Notes: generated by a model not told the origin, from the letters alone. Shown: positions 19,801 through 29,221, counted from the stretch's first letter. The stretch is DNA of 64,000 nt from Bacillota bacterium (GCA_033549305.1 JAWSUV010000001.1:18913-82912); one strand, 5' to 3'. Made by a program: numbers and translations.

Positions 19801-21191
19801 CTGAACTCTGCGACCACTTCCCCGCCCTCAATGCGAACAGCACCAATTTCCGTGATCTGATCATGGGTACTTGACAAGCCTGTCGTTTCAATATCAAAGA
19901 CTACAAATGGATCATCAAAAGTAGTTGTTTCATCTCCATGAACAATTTTGGACTCATCGTCCACCAAATAACCTTCCATCCCGTAAATGATCCGGATGCC
20001 ATGCTCCCGTCCCGCCTCGGCAGCTTCGGGAAAGGCCTGCACTACACCATGATCTGTGATGGCGATGGCTTTATGCCCCCACTCCGCTGCCTGACGGATG
20101 ATCTGCTCAGGCGAGCAAATACCATCCATTTGCGACATATTCGTGTGGCAATGGAATTCGATCCGTTTGACAGGTGAATCGTCCACGGATGTTGATACGG
20201 CTTGGGGCATCAAATCGGAAATCATAAGTGTATTTTCTTTGTGATAATGATCAAACTGCATGGTACCTCTGACAAGAACGCGGATTCCGGGTGTTAATAT
20301 TTCATCAAGTTCCACTGCACTTTTCTGAGGCTCAAATAGTTTAGCAGTCACTGAACCGGTATAATCCGTGAGATCCAGGAGATAGAGTTTGCGATCATTC
20401 TTTAAAACGCGGACATCAAGCGAAAAAATTTCTCCCGATATTGTCACTTGTCCGTCTTCTTCCGATAATGATCCAATGGGTTGCGCCGGTGTTTTAATCT
20501 GTTTGCCAGCCCATATTTTTCCAGAGACAGCAGATCCTTTGACACCGTTTTTTCTTCGTTCCGATTTTCTTTTCATTTTTTTATGCTGTTCACCGTTGCC
20601 ATTGATCATTGCTTCGGTAATCAAGGCAGTTTCCAGCTCATCTTTATTCTGTTGATAATCTGATGCATCGAATGGTGCTGCTTCATCATCACTGATGATG
20701 CATTTTACCAAACAGCCATACACATCGCGGATCATATCGCTGACAGTATCCTGAACGCGCCGCTCCGCTGCTTTTTTACAAAGCATTGGATCCTGAATCA
20801 TTAGTAGAATAGTGTTTTTATGCACCGACCACCGTATTTGCTCAGCATGTGAAAAAGCTGCAGAACAAGAGTGCGAGAGAGTGTGATGAATATTTTCGGA
20901 AAAATAAGCCGCTTCTTCCAAATGATCTGCTGTCAGGCAATCCCGAGTGCTTTTTAGCTGGTACTGAACTTTTTCCTCAATGCTTAAGCTGGTCTGAAAA
21001 GCACCCAGCAGGTGATCCACCGCTTTTAATGGGACAGGATGATCCGTTTCAAGATGGATAGTGATGCTGCCTGACTTTATATTATAGACTATCTTTCTTA
21101 GATGGCAGTGACTGAAAGCTTCATGGCCGTAATCATTTAGTTCCATGCGCCGAATCAGTTCTGTCAGCGGGTATTCCTTCATTGAGTTCAT
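16848..21191 (-). CDS. polC: DNA polymerase III alpha subunit, PolC type
   Basis: 1447 aa. PHP motif HCHTNMSQMDG, inserted 3'-5' exonuclease (VVFDIETTGL, HNADFD) and the polymerase core. Hallmark of Bacillota. Confidence 0.98.
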   Translation of the reverse strand: MNSMKEYPLTELIRRMELNDYGHEAFSHCHLRKIVYNIKSGSITIHLETDHPVPLKAVDHLLGAFQTSLSIEEKVQYQLKSTRDCLTADHLEEAAYFSENIHHTLSHSCSAAFSHAEQIRWSVHKNTILLMIQDPMLCKKAAERRVQDTVSDMIRDVYGCLVKCIISDDEAAPFDASDYQQNKDELETALITEAMINGNGEQHKKMKRKSERRKNGVKGSAVSGKIWAGKQIKTPAQPIGSLSEEDGQVTISGEIFSLDVRVLKNDRKLYLLDLTDYTGSVTAKLFEPQKSAVELDEILTPGIRVLVRGTMQFDHYHKENTLMISDLMPQAVSTSVDDSPVKRIEFHCHTNMSQMDGICSPEQIIRQAAEWGHKAIAITDHGVVQAFPEAAEAGREHGIRIIYGMEGYLVDDESKIVHGDETTTFDDPFVVFDIETTGLSSTHDQITEIGAVRIEGGEVVAEFSSLVNPQTLISTDITRLTGITNDMVANAPLIQKVLPQFLDFCQGAVLVAHNADFDTGFIRENMRRLEIAFQFDVIDTLILSRILLKELKRHRLNLVAKALGVSLENHHRAVHDARATADIFLKLVQRMREAGIHDFREMNRELGRDMDVTRLKTYHFVLIAQDEEGLRHLYELVSASHIEHFFKKPRIPKSLLRQKRSGLLLGSACQAGELFQALLNRDPEEKLEAIAAFYDYLEVQPVSNNSFLIEKGLVKNEMELKELNRKIVELGRRVNRPVLATGDTHYTRRTDELYRQVLQTGMGYEDAEDSAGLYLKTTEEMLQEFDYLGPDTAMEIVVQQPAALADQIRPLLPVPDGTFPPHMEGSEEQLEKLCRTKATAIYGDPLPDKVSKRLDRELRSIIDNGYAVMYMIAHKLVAKSLSDGYLVGSRGSVGSSFAATMSDITEVNPLPPHYICPSCQHSAFFTEGEVESGVDLPDADCPRCGTKYRKEGHQIPFEVFLGFEGDKEPDIDLNFAGEYQSTAHQYIETLFGRSKVFRAGTIGTIANKTAYGYVRKYGEEKGIPQNNAEIKRLTAGCTGVKRTSGQHPGGVMIVPSDRDIHEFTPIQYPANDKKSGVVTTHFDYHALSGRLLKLDILGHDVPTMIRMLEDFTGINALEIPLDDTVTKSIFVNATALNLQDDRFQPDKGTIAIPEFGTRFVRQMLQDTKPSTFGELVRISGLSHGTDVWVNNAQELVRNGTAALKDVICTRDDIMNYLILKGIPAKDAFKIMEKVRKGRGITADEADLMAKNQVPQWYIDSCNKIKYMFPKAHAVAYVMMSFRIAWFKVYYPVAFYAAYFSMKVEDFDAQLMIRGIDQVLERIKELENNAADQTAKEKNLLVVLEVALEMFSRGIRILPVDLYASHQEQFKVEENQIRPPLSSLQGVGQNAARKIAEERQKSPFLSLEDLRQRTGASKVVIETLQQHGACSDLPETNQLSLFNLDLNG

Positions 21192-21206
21192 ACAAACCTC
21201 CGCATA

Positions 21207-22256
21207 TTACATTTCATTGATTTCTTTAATTAATTCAGCCACGATAGATTCCTCAGAGATTTTTCGAACCACTTTCCCTTTTTTAAACAGTAACGCGGAT
21301 CCTTTGCCACCAGCGATGCCAATATCAGCTTCACGGGCTTCTCCCGGGCCGTTAACAGCACAGCCCATAATGGCTACCGTGATGTCTTTGCGCACTGTTT
21401 CCAGATGTGCTTCTATTCTTTCAGCCAGGTGTATCAAGTCAATCTCGCAGCGGCCGCAGGTAGGGCAGGAGATCACGTTCACCCGGTCTCTTAAAAGGCC
21501 TAAAGCTCTTAAAATTTGTTTGCCGACCTCTATTTCCTCTACTGGATCACTGGTTAAAGAGACCCTTATGGTATCGCCTATCCCGTCCAGCAACAGAGCC
21601 CCGATGCCAATGGCAGATTTGATGGTACCCTGCCGAACGCCACCGGCTTCTGTCACCCCCAGATGCAGTGGATAGGAAGATTTTTCAGCTATCTGACGAT
21701 AGGCCTGGATCATCACCAAAAGACTGCTGGCTTTCAGAGAAAGAACAATCTGGTCAAAATGGTGGTCCTCCAGTAACGATACATGCTCCAGCGCACTGGC
21801 AACCATAGCTTCAGCCGTAGGCCCGCCATACTTCCGAATCCATTTTTCATCCAGTGAACCCGCATTCACACCGATTCTGATGGGGATCTTTCTATCCCGA
21901 GCCACTGAAACAATTTTTGCCACTCGCTCACGATTACCAATATTGCCTGGATTAATGCGCAGTTTGTCGGCTCCTTTTTCCATAGAGAGAAGTGCCAGCC
22001 GATAATCAAAATGAATATCAGCAGCCAAAGGAATATGGATCTGCTTCTTAATTGCTTCGATTGCATTCGCTGCCTCCACATCCGGTACAGCGACCCGTAC
22101 CAACTGGCAGCCGGCTTCTTCGAGAGCCAGGATCTGTTTAACGGTTGCCTTGATGTCACGGGTATTTGTATTCGTCATGGATTGAAGAACAATGGGATTC
22201 GGCCCTCCAATTTTAAGAGAGCCGATATTGATGCAGCGGGTATTTTTTTGTATCAT
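21207..22256 (-). CDS. ispG: 4-hydroxy-3-methylbut-2-en-1-yl diphosphate synthase (flavodoxin)
   Basis: 349 aa with GcpE family features: VRVAVPD, and Fe-S cysteines CPTCGRC and GCAVNGPGE. Confidence 0.95.
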   Translation of the reverse strand: MIQKNTRCINIGSLKIGGPNPIVLQSMTNTNTRDIKATVKQILALEEAGCQLVRVAVPDVEAANAIEAIKKQIHIPLAADIHFDYRLALLSMEKGADKLRINPGNIGNRERVAKIVSVARDRKIPIRIGVNAGSLDEKWIRKYGGPTAEAMVASALEHVSLLEDHHFDQIVLSLKASSLLVMIQAYRQIAEKSSYPLHLGVTEAGGVRQGTIKSAIGIGALLLDGIGDTIRVSLTSDPVEEIEVGKQILRALGLLRDRVNVISCPTCGRCEIDLIHLAERIEAHLETVRKDITVAIMGCAVNGPGEAREADIGIAGGKGSALLFKKGKVVRKISEESIVAELIKEINEM

Positions 22257-22332
22257 GATTCATCTCCTGTTCAGACAGATCAATTAAAGCGATTATCGGT
22301 GAAAGTGGACTGGTCGACATATCAGACATCCA

Positions 22333-23334
22333 TTAAAAAAATGTCAGGATGTCTTTGTAGGTAATCACGATCATCAGCAGCATCAACAACGTAATGCCAA
22401 TCATATGCACCATGGCTTCTTTCTCAGGATCCACTGGTTTCCCCCGCAGGGCCTCCAGTAAAAGAAAAATGATACGGCTGCCGTCCAGTGCAGGTATGGG
22501 CAGCAAATTCATAATCCCCAGATTAATACTGATAAGGCCGGCAAGGCCAACCACATCCATCCAGCCCGATCGGCTGGCCTGACCCACCAAACTGATTATC
22601 CCCACTGGTCCGGCAACGTCTGAAGTATCAGCCTGCCCGCGGACTAACTGCTGCAGAAATCGCATGATTTCAGTGAAAATCATTTTCGACTGCTGGTAAC
22701 TGTTCCGAGCTGCAGTCATCACTGATTTTTCTGTACCGGGTATAATCCCGATGAGAGGTCTGCCAGTTTCTTCGTCAATGCGCGGCATCACTGTCTTCTG
22801 GTTTATTTCGCCGTTTCGTTGATAGAGAACCTCAATCGGCCGGCCTTCGGAAGCGGCAATCATTCCCACCAGTTCTTCCCAGCTGCCAATCAGTTGGCCG
22901 TCAATTTCCAGCACTTTGTCACTGGGAAGAAAGCCAGCCTGAGCAGCAGGCGAATTCGGTATCACTTCACCAATCACCGTTGAAGGAGTTCCCAGGGAAA
23001 AGAAAATCAGGAAGAAACAAAGAAAGCCCAGGATAAAATTCATCAGCGGCCCGGCAAAAATGACACTAATTCTCGCTTTTACCGATTTTTGGCTAAAACT
23101 GTCATTCGCTTCAGAATTTTCATCCTCACCTTCCATTCTCACAAATCCCCCGATGGGGAATGCTCTGATAGAATACCGGGTTTCCCTCCGTGTTAAATGA
23201 AGCACCTTCGGACCCATGCCAATGGCAAATTCATGCACACGGATTCCCACCATTTTTGCAACACTGAAGTGACCCAGTTCATGGAAAAAAACAAGCAGTC
23301 CAAAGACAAATATCGCTACAAGAGCAGTCGTCAT
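22333..23334 (-). CDS. rseP: RIP site-2 metalloprotease RseP/RasP
   Basis: HELGH zinc motif in the first transmembrane segment, a central PDZ domain and C-terminal NLLPIPALDG. Confidence 0.93.
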   Translation of the reverse strand: MTTALVAIFVFGLLVFFHELGHFSVAKMVGIRVHEFAIGMGPKVLHLTRRETRYSIRAFPIGGFVRMEGEDENSEANDSFSQKSVKARISVIFAGPLMNFILGFLCFFLIFFSLGTPSTVIGEVIPNSPAAQAGFLPSDKVLEIDGQLIGSWEELVGMIAASEGRPIEVLYQRNGEINQKTVMPRIDEETGRPLIGIIPGTEKSVMTAARNSYQQSKMIFTEIMRFLQQLVRGQADTSDVAGPVGIISLVGQASRSGWMDVVGLAGLISINLGIMNLLPIPALDGSRIIFLLLEALRGKPVDPEKEAMVHMIGITLLMLLMIVITYKDILTFF

Positions 23335-23347
23335 GTTTACACCTTCC

Positions 23348-24493
23348 TTAGTTAAAAGACCTTAAGGTTGATTTCACCCAGGCTTCCACTTCCATTAATT
23401 CTTCCAGTTCACTGTATTCTGAAGCATTGTGCTGCAGCATGATTGATTCGATTAACTCTGGTATTTCATAGAAAGCAATCTGTTCATTCAGAAATGCTTC
23501 TACCAGTATATCATTGGCTGCATTCAATACACAAGGCATGGTTTTTCCAATCTTAAGTGCCTCCATGGCCAGCCGGAGGCAAGGAAATTTGTCCATATTC
23601 GGTTTTTCGAATGTGAGGGTTCCAATTTGCTCCAGCATCAGTGACGGGAGATGATTGGGAACTCGATCCGGCCATGACAGTGCATACTGAATGGGTATCC
23701 TCATATCCGGCAAACCCATTTGAGCCATCACGGAAGTATCGCAAAACTCAATCATGGAATGAATAATGCTTTGGGGATGAATAAGGACATGAATCTGCTC
23801 AGGTTTCAATCCAAAGAGCCAGGCTGCCTCGATCACTTCTAACCCCTTGTTCATCATCGTCGCTGAATCGATGGTTATTTTCCGCCCCATAGACCAATTC
23901 GGATGATTCAGCGCCTCTTTGACACCGACGTTCCTCAGGGCTGCCCGTGACCATTCGCGAAAGGGTCCGCCGGATGCTGTGAGAATAATTCGTTTTACAG
24001 ATTGTATCTTTTCACCGTTGAGGCATTGAAAAATGGCCGAATGTTCACTGTCAACCGGAATCAGGTGCGCCTGATGGTGTCTAGCCGATGCCATTACCAG
24101 TTCACCCCCGGCCACCAAGGATTCTTTGTTGGCCAAGGCCACATCCTTCCCATTTTCAAGCGCCCGGCACGTAGGAATCAATCCCCGGCTTCCGACAAGT
24201 GCATTAAGGACGATCTGTGTTTCAGGATGTGTGACCGCATATTCAATCCCCGTCATTCCATGCAGTACTTTCGTATGCGAAGAAATCCGCTTCTGAAGTC
24301 GAGCAGCATCTTCTTTTCTCTCCATCACTGCGATCTCCGGCATAAATTCCCCGATTTGCGCTTCCAATAAATCAATGTTTCTGCCGGCTGACAGTACTGT
24401 CACGCAGAATCGTTCCGGATGCATCCGCATGATATCGAGTGTCTGTGTTCCAATGGAACCTGTGGATCCAAGTAATGCTACATTTTTCTTCAC
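23348..24493 (-). CDS. dxr: 1-deoxy-D-xylulose 5-phosphate reductoisomerase
   Basis: 381 aa with NADPH motif LGSTGSIG and LANKESLV. Confidence 0.96.
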   Translation of the reverse strand: MKKNVALLGSTGSIGTQTLDIMRMHPERFCVTVLSAGRNIDLLEAQIGEFMPEIAVMERKEDAARLQKRISSHTKVLHGMTGIEYAVTHPETQIVLNALVGSRGLIPTCRALENGKDVALANKESLVAGGELVMASARHHQAHLIPVDSEHSAIFQCLNGEKIQSVKRIILTASGGPFREWSRAALRNVGVKEALNHPNWSMGRKITIDSATMMNKGLEVIEAAWLFGLKPEQIHVLIHPQSIIHSMIEFCDTSVMAQMGLPDMRIPIQYALSWPDRVPNHLPSLMLEQIGTLTFEKPNMDKFPCLRLAMEALKIGKTMPCVLNAANDILVEAFLNEQIAFYEIPELIESIMLQHNASEYSELEELMEVEAWVKSTLRSFN

Positions 24494-24534
24494 ATGGACA
24501 CCTCATCTGTTTAATATATACCCCGATACAATTA

Positions 24535-25323
24535 TCATCTTAACAGCCAATGCACCAGAAATAAGTAAACAACAGGGGTCGTAAACAAAATGCTGTCAAA
24601 CCGGTCCAGTACGCCTCCGTGCCCGGGAAAAAGGCGCCCAAAATCCTTGATCCCCACCGTTCGCTTGATCAAAGAAGCTGCCAAGTCGCCCAGCTGCGAA
24701 AAAACAGCGCCAATCAATCCCAGTATTATCAGGGCTGTTAGATGCTCCGGCATGAAAAGCAGTGCAAAAATAAGCGATCCAAGGATGCTGCCGGCTATCC
24801 CGCCAATGGCTCCTTCAATGGTTTTTTTGGGGCTGATGGAAGGACACAGCTTATGGCGGCCGATGCCGCATCCAATTAAGTAAGCACCGGAGTCACAGGA
24901 CCAGGAAATAATGAAGACCAGCCAGACCGCGTGAGATAACGCCAGTTGCTCAATGAAGGCAAGGGGAATCAACAGTAACGTGACATAGGTAAATCCAAAC
25001 CAGGTGATCATCATATCTTCAAATCGATGTCGATGGTGTGTCATCACCCAGTAAATCAAGAAAGCCATCAACACCAGCGGCAGGATTGTGTCAAGAGAGC
25101 TGGTCCCATCCGCCGCTATCAGCACCCCATAAACTGACAGTGTACCGGCATACCCAACCCAGGGGACCGGTTGATAAGTGCATCCACTGACACTGGTATA
25201 AAATTCATGCAGACCGATCAAGGTGACGATCAACAATGACACCGTCAAGAGCCTGCCGCCTTGTAATAACACAAAAAAAAGGATTGGAAGTCCTAATACT
25301 GTTGTTAAGATGCGTTTGCCCAC
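24535..25323 (-). CDS. cdsA: phosphatidate cytidylyltransferase
   Basis: Polytopic membrane protein with the CDS signature SLIKRTVGIKDFGRLFPGHGGVLDRFDS. Confidence 0.93.
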   Translation of the reverse strand: MGKRILTTVLGLPILFFVLLQGGRLLTVSLLIVTLIGLHEFYTSVSGCTYQPVPWVGYAGTLSVYGVLIAADGTSSLDTILPLVLMAFLIYWVMTHHRHRFEDMMITWFGFTYVTLLLIPLAFIEQLALSHAVWLVFIISWSCDSGAYLIGCGIGRHKLCPSISPKKTIEGAIGGIAGSILGSLIFALLFMPEHLTALIILGLIGAVFSQLGDLAASLIKRTVGIKDFGRLFPGHGGVLDRFDSILFTTPVVYLFLVHWLLR

Positions 25324-25335
25324 TTTTTTGCCCCC

Positions 25336-26085
25336 TTAGGAGAGTCCACCATATCTACGCTGCCTTTTCTGATAGTCCCGGATGGCTTCGATGAGATGTT
25401 CACCACGGAAATCGGGCCAGAGAATATTCGTGAAGTAGAGTTCAGTGTATGCAATCTGCCAGAGCAGGAAGTTGCTGATGCGTTTCTCGCCACTTGTTCG
25501 AATAAGTAGATCAGGATCAGGCATGTTGCGGGTATCCAGGAATGACTGAACCCATTCTTCGTTAACCTGATCCTGTCGAAAAGCGGGATGTTGAGACTCC
25601 TTGATCATTTCCGTTACTGCCCGGGTTATTTCATTTCTTGCTCCGTAATTCAGCGCGATATTCATGATCAGTCCCTGATTGTGGCACGTTTTCTTTTTCG
25701 CGTGAATGATTTCTTTGCGCACCTGATCAGAGAATCCGGACAAATCACCGATTGTCTGGATGACAACTCCCTGGCTGTTAAGTTCATCGATTTCCTTCTT
25801 CAAATATTCTACCAGAAGTTTCATGAGGAACGATACCTCATCGGCAGGTCTTTTCCAGTTTTCCGTCGAAAAAGCATAGAGCGTCATCATGGATATTTTC
25901 AGATCGGAGGCTGTGCGAATTACATCCCGGATGGCCTCCACACCCTGCTGGTGTCCGGCACTGCGGGGCAACTTGTGTTTTTTCGCCCAGCGTCCATTAC
26001 CATCCATGATGATGGCAACATGCCGGGGAATGTTTGCGTCTATCAGCAAGTCTTCTTCTCGTTTGTCTTTTACCCATATACTCAT
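25336..26085 (-). CDS. uppS: isoprenyl transferase (undecaprenyl diphosphate synthase)
   Basis: HVAIIMDGNGRWA motif. The start was set to the ATG at 26085, 6 nt after GAGGTG. The ORF-track GTG at 26094 is part of that Shine-Dalgarno. Confidence 0.95.
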   Translation of the reverse strand: MSIWVKDKREEDLLIDANIPRHVAIIMDGNGRWAKKHKLPRSAGHQQGVEAIRDVIRTASDLKISMMTLYAFSTENWKRPADEVSFLMKLLVEYLKKEIDELNSQGVVIQTIGDLSGFSDQVRKEIIHAKKKTCHNQGLIMNIALNYGARNEITRAVTEMIKESQHPAFRQDQVNEEWVQSFLDTRNMPDPDLLIRTSGEKRISNFLLWQIAYTELYFTNILWPDFRGEHLIEAIRDYQKRQRRYGGLS

Positions 26086-26105
26086 AAAATGCACCTCAAC
26101 AATCA

Positions 26106-26129
26106 GAAGCCCCCTTGTGCAGGGGGCTT
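26106..26129 (-). promoter_or_regulatory. strong GC hairpin between the 62-aa ORF and uppS
   Basis: Stem GAAGCCCCCT/AGGGGGCTT of 9-10 bp with loop TGTGC. The stop codon of the 62-aa ORF lies in the stem. No U tract follows on the minus strand, so it is not a canonical terminator. Confidence 0.5.
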
Positions 26130-26316
26130 AAAAATAGGCAATCAATAATTCGGTCATTGTCTCGTCGCTGAGGCAGCGTTGTCGGATCACTCTGGCAACA
26201 CCCTTCGTTTTCATGCCTGCGGCAGTAAGATCCTTCACTTCGTAAACAATCCCATATTCATCGAGGCGCCTCATCCCCTCTGATAAAACCAGGCCAAGGA
26301 CATCCGGTGAATTCAA
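26128..26316 (-). CDS. hypothetical 62-aa protein, PASTA-like by eye
   Basis: TTG start with GGAGG 8 nt upstream, embedded in the last codons of frr. The sequence SPDVLGLVLSEGMRRLDEYGIVYEVKD...KGVARVIRQR resembles the PASTA pattern (PdvvG..l.eA...L...G). No signal peptide or transmembrane segment. It fills an otherwise unusual 234-nt gap in a very compact region. Confidence 0.5.
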   Translation of the reverse strand: MNSPDVLGLVLSEGMRRLDEYGIVYEVKDLTAAGMKTKGVARVIRQRCLSDETMTELLIAYF

Positions 26317-26319
26317 TGA

Positions 26320-26880
26320 CTAAACCTCCAAAATATCTTTATCTTTGATTTCAACCATTTCGTCAATCTTTTTGATGTATTTATCAGTCAATTTTTGAAT
26401 CTCATCCTGTGCCTGCTTCAAGTCATCTTCTGTCAGTTCGCCTGCTTTTTCCATCTTTTTCAAGTCATCGTTTCCGCTGCGCCGTTCATTGCGGATGGCC
26501 ACACGACCTTCTTCAGCCTTTGCTCTAACCACTTTCGTCAAGTCCCGCCGACGTTCTTCTGTCAACTGCGGAATCGCTAAACGGATAATTTTCCCGTCAT
26601 TGGAAGGATTAATGCCTAGATCTGATTTTTGGATAGCTTTCTCAATCTCCTTCAAGATGGATGGATCAAATGGCTGGATGGTAATCAGCCGTGGCTCAGG
26701 TGCAGCTACCGTAGCGATTTGCCTCAGAGGCATGGGAGAACCATAATACTCAACAGAAATTCTGTCAAGCATTGCAGGATTTGCCCGACCGGCTCGGATG
26801 CTGTTAAACTCTTCCTGTACAACAGAAACCGTCTTTTTCATTTTTTCTTCGATCGTCCTATGGACTTCCAACTGCATCAT
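26320..26880 (-). CDS. frr: ribosome recycling factor
   Basis: 186 aa with [25 protein letters not shown], typical of RRF. Confidence 0.97.
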   Translation of the reverse strand: MMQLEVHRTIEEKMKKTVSVVQEEFNSIRAGRANPAMLDRISVEYYGSPMPLRQIATVAAPEPRLITIQPFDPSILKEIEKAIQKSDLGINPSNDGKIIRLAIPQLTEERRRDLTKVVRAKAEEGRVAIRNERRSGNDDLKKMEKAGELTEDDLKQAQDEIQKLTDKYIKKIDEMVEIKDKDILEV

Positions 26881-26894
26881 TTTTGCCCCCTTTG

Positions 26895-27605
26895 TTAACT
26901 GTGAATGTAAGTGCCAATGGCTTTCCCCAATACCACATTTTTGATGTTTTCAGGGTTGTCCAGCCCAAACACTTTAATGGGAATTTGATTGTCCATGCAC
27001 AGGGAAGTAGCCGTGGAATCCATGATTTTTAGACCCATGTTCAGGATGTCAATATAGCTGAGGTCTAATAACTTGCTCGCATCTTCGTTTTCATTAGGAT
27101 CTTTATCATAAACAGCGTCCACTTTTTTTGCCAGTAAAATCACTTCTGCTTCGATTTCAGCAGCGCGCAGGGCAGCGGTCGTATCCGTCGAAAAATATGG
27201 GTTGCCTGTTCCAGCCGCAAAGATCACGACACGGTTTTTTTCCAAGTGCCTGACAGCTCTCCTCCGGATATAAGGTTCAGCAATCTGTCTCATTTCAATC
27301 GCTGTCTGAACCCGGGTAACCACTTCGATATTTTCCAGCGCATCCTGCAATGCCAGACTGTTTATCACAGTCGCCATCATCCCCATGTAATCCGCTGTTG
27401 TGCGGTCCATATTCGTACCGCTTCTGCCACGCCAAAAATTTCCGCCGCCGACAACGATCGCCACCTGAACACCCATATCAACCACTTCTTTAATTTGCAG
27501 GGCTATTTTTTGTATGGTTCCTGTATCCAGCCCGAAACCCCGCTCTCCTGCCAATGCTTCTCCACTGAGTTTAAGCAGGATCCGCTTATACAAAGGTTTA
27601 TCCAT
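26895..27605 (-). CDS. pyrH: UMP kinase
   Basis: 236 aa with [12 protein letters not shown] and [10 protein letters not shown] motifs. Confidence 0.97.
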   Translation of the reverse strand: MDKPLYKRILLKLSGEALAGERGFGLDTGTIQKIALQIKEVVDMGVQVAIVVGGGNFWRGRSGTNMDRTTADYMGMMATVINSLALQDALENIEVVTRVQTAIEMRQIAEPYIRRRAVRHLEKNRVVIFAAGTGNPYFSTDTTAALRAAEIEAEVILLAKKVDAVYDKDPNENEDASKLLDLSYIDILNMGLKIMDSTATSLCMDNQIPIKVFGLDNPENIKNVVLGKAIGTYIHS

Positions 27606-27656
27606 AAACTGACTCTCCTGTCCATGAGATTGTCTGGTGCCTGTTCGTCAGACTTC

Positions 27657-27695
27657 CATAGTGAATGAGAACACCAATGTGTTCTCATAGTGAAT
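27657..27695 (-). repeat. direct-repeat / inverted-repeat / direct-repeat element just after the tsf stop (probable tsf terminator hairpin)
   Basis: CATAGTGAAT occurs twice (27657-27666 and 27686-27695), flanking a perfect palindrome GAGAACAC-caat-GTGTTCTC. Including ATGA/TCAT the stem reaches 10 bp. Confidence 0.6.
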
Positions 27696-27698
27696 CAA

Positions 27699-28343
27699 TT
27701 ACTGGATTTGTTTGGCAACTTCCTCGGCAAAATTCTCAGATTTCTTTTCAATCCCTTCACCAACTTCATAACGGGCAAAACGTCGAATGCTGATGTTTTC
27801 TCCTATTTTCGCAATCTTATCGGTCAGCAGCTGGCGAACAGTCATATCAGGATCTTTAACAAAGTCCTGTTCCAGCAGGCAGACATCTTTAAAGTATTTC
27901 TCGATACGGCCTTCTACCATTTTATCGACAATCTTTTCTGGTTTTCCTTCATTCAGCGCCTGTTTACGCAAAATTTCTTTTTCTTTTACTATCATATCCT
28001 GAGGGACGTCATCTCGGCTGACAAATTGAGGATTTGAAGCAGCAATTTGCATAGCGACATCTTTAACGAAAGTTCTAAATTCCTCATTTTTGGCAACAAA
28101 ATCTGTTTCCGAGTTTACTTCAACCAACACGCCAATCCGTCCGCCATGAATGTATGCTTCAACAATCCCTTCGGCTGCAATGCGTCCAGCTTTTTTAGCA
28201 ACAGCAGCCAGTCCTTTTTCCCGAAGAATTTCAATGGCTTTTTCAATATTCCCATCAACGTCAGTCAATGCCTTTTTGCAGTCCAGCATACCCGCACCTG
28301 TTTTTTCTCTTAGTTCCTTAACCATTCCCGCCGTAATATTCAT
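27699..28343 (-). CDS. tsf: translation elongation factor Ts (short form)
   Basis: [23 protein letters not shown]-like N-terminus. The ATG at 28343 lies 7 nt after GGAGGT. The ORF-track start at 28391 adds 16 unsupported residues. Confidence 0.95.
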   Translation of the reverse strand: MNITAGMVKELREKTGAGMLDCKKALTDVDGNIEKAIEILREKGLAAVAKKAGRIAAEGIVEAYIHGGRIGVLVEVNSETDFVAKNEEFRTFVKDVAMQIAASNPQFVSRDDVPQDMIVKEKEILRKQALNEGKPEKIVDKMVEGRIEKYFKDVCLLEQDFVKDPDMTVRQLLTDKIAKIGENISIRRFARYEVGEGIEKKSENFAEEVAKQIQ

Positions 28344-28373
28344 CAATTCGACCTCCATCATATTAATAAAGGC

Positions 28374-28406
28374 AAGGGGTGAAATGATCATCGCATTTCC
28401 ACCCTT
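28374..28406 (-). terminator. rpsB-tsf intercistronic hairpin (attenuator-like)
   Basis: Imperfect stem AAGGG..GAAATG / CATTTC..CCCTT (5 + 6 bp with an internal 2x2 mismatch), followed on the minus strand by gccTTTATTAAT. Confidence 0.4.
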
Positions 28407-28420
28407 ACCCTGTTGGATTT

Positions 28421-29140
28421 TTATGCTTTTTCTTCAGCGTCCTCAGCATCATCCAGAAAGCTCTGGCTGCCTTCAATGACTGCATTTGCCATGGTGGCTG
28501 TTAGCAGTTTTACCGCGCGGATCGCATCATCGTTACCAGGAATCACATAATCCACTTCATCAGGATCGCAGTTGGTATCCACAATGGCGATTACCGGAAT
28601 GCCCAGCGTATGCGCTTCCAGAATGGCAATGCGTTCTTTCCGCGGATCAACCACAAAAAGTGCCTTCGGCATTTCTTTCATATCTTTAATTCCGCCAAGG
28701 AATTTTTCAAGCCTTTCCATCTCATGCCTTAACTGGATAACTTCCTTCTTGGGCAGTACATCAAAAGTGCCGTCTTCATCCATCTTTTCAAGCTTTCTTA
28801 AGCGATCGATACGCAATTTGATGGTTTTGAAGTTAGTCATCATACCGCCCAGCCAACGCTGGTTAACAAAAAACATGCCGCAACGCTTTGCTTCTTCCTG
28901 GATGGACTCCTGCGCCTGCTTCTTGGTGCCGACGAAAAGAATTTTTCCACCATCTTCGACAATCTCTTTAATGGCCTGGTAAGCGGCATCCACTTTTTTA
29001 ACCGTCTTTTGCAGGTCGATGATGTAAATGCCATTGCGCTCCGTGAAAATGTACTCTGCCATCTTTGGGTTCCATCTTCTTGTCTGGTGTCCGAAATGAA
29101 CACCTGCCTCCAACAATTGTTTCATTGATACTACACTCAT
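28421..29140 (-). CDS. rpsB: 30S ribosomal protein S2
   Basis: 239 aa with [22 protein letters not shown], canonical for S2. Confidence 0.98.
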   Translation of the reverse strand: MSVVSMKQLLEAGVHFGHQTRRWNPKMAEYIFTERNGIYIIDLQKTVKKVDAAYQAIKEIVEDGGKILFVGTKKQAQESIQEEAKRCGMFFVNQRWLGGMMTNFKTIKLRIDRLRKLEKMDEDGTFDVLPKKEVIQLRHEMERLEKFLGGIKDMKEMPKALFVVDPRKERIAILEAHTLGIPVIAIVDTNCDPDEVDYVIPGNDDAIRAVKLLTATMANAVIEGSQSFLDDAEDAEEKA

Positions 29141-29181
29141 TCTATTACCTCCTGTTTTGTTTTTCCTCCACTTTCTTCCAC

Positions 29182-29221
29182 TTTATATGACACCTGCATG
29201 AAGCAGGCACCGCCATATAAA
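29182..29221 (-). promoter_or_regulatory. extended hairpin in the rpsB 5' UTR
   Basis: Outer 8-bp stem TTTATATG/CATATAAA encloses an inner stem of about 9 bp (GCAGG/CCTGC core plus G-U pairs). It lies between the predicted promoter and the rpsB Shine-Dalgarno. Confidence 0.5.

Noticed and set aside
21145-21675. 176-aa plus-strand ORF spanning the polC start and ispG.
   Set aside because: It crosses a gene junction antisense to both genes, so it is a shadow ORF.
25588-26148. 186-aa plus-strand ORF opposite uppS that extends through the GC hairpin.
   Set aside because: It is antisense to uppS, crosses the uppS Shine-Dalgarno and the hairpin, and has no coding-like features.
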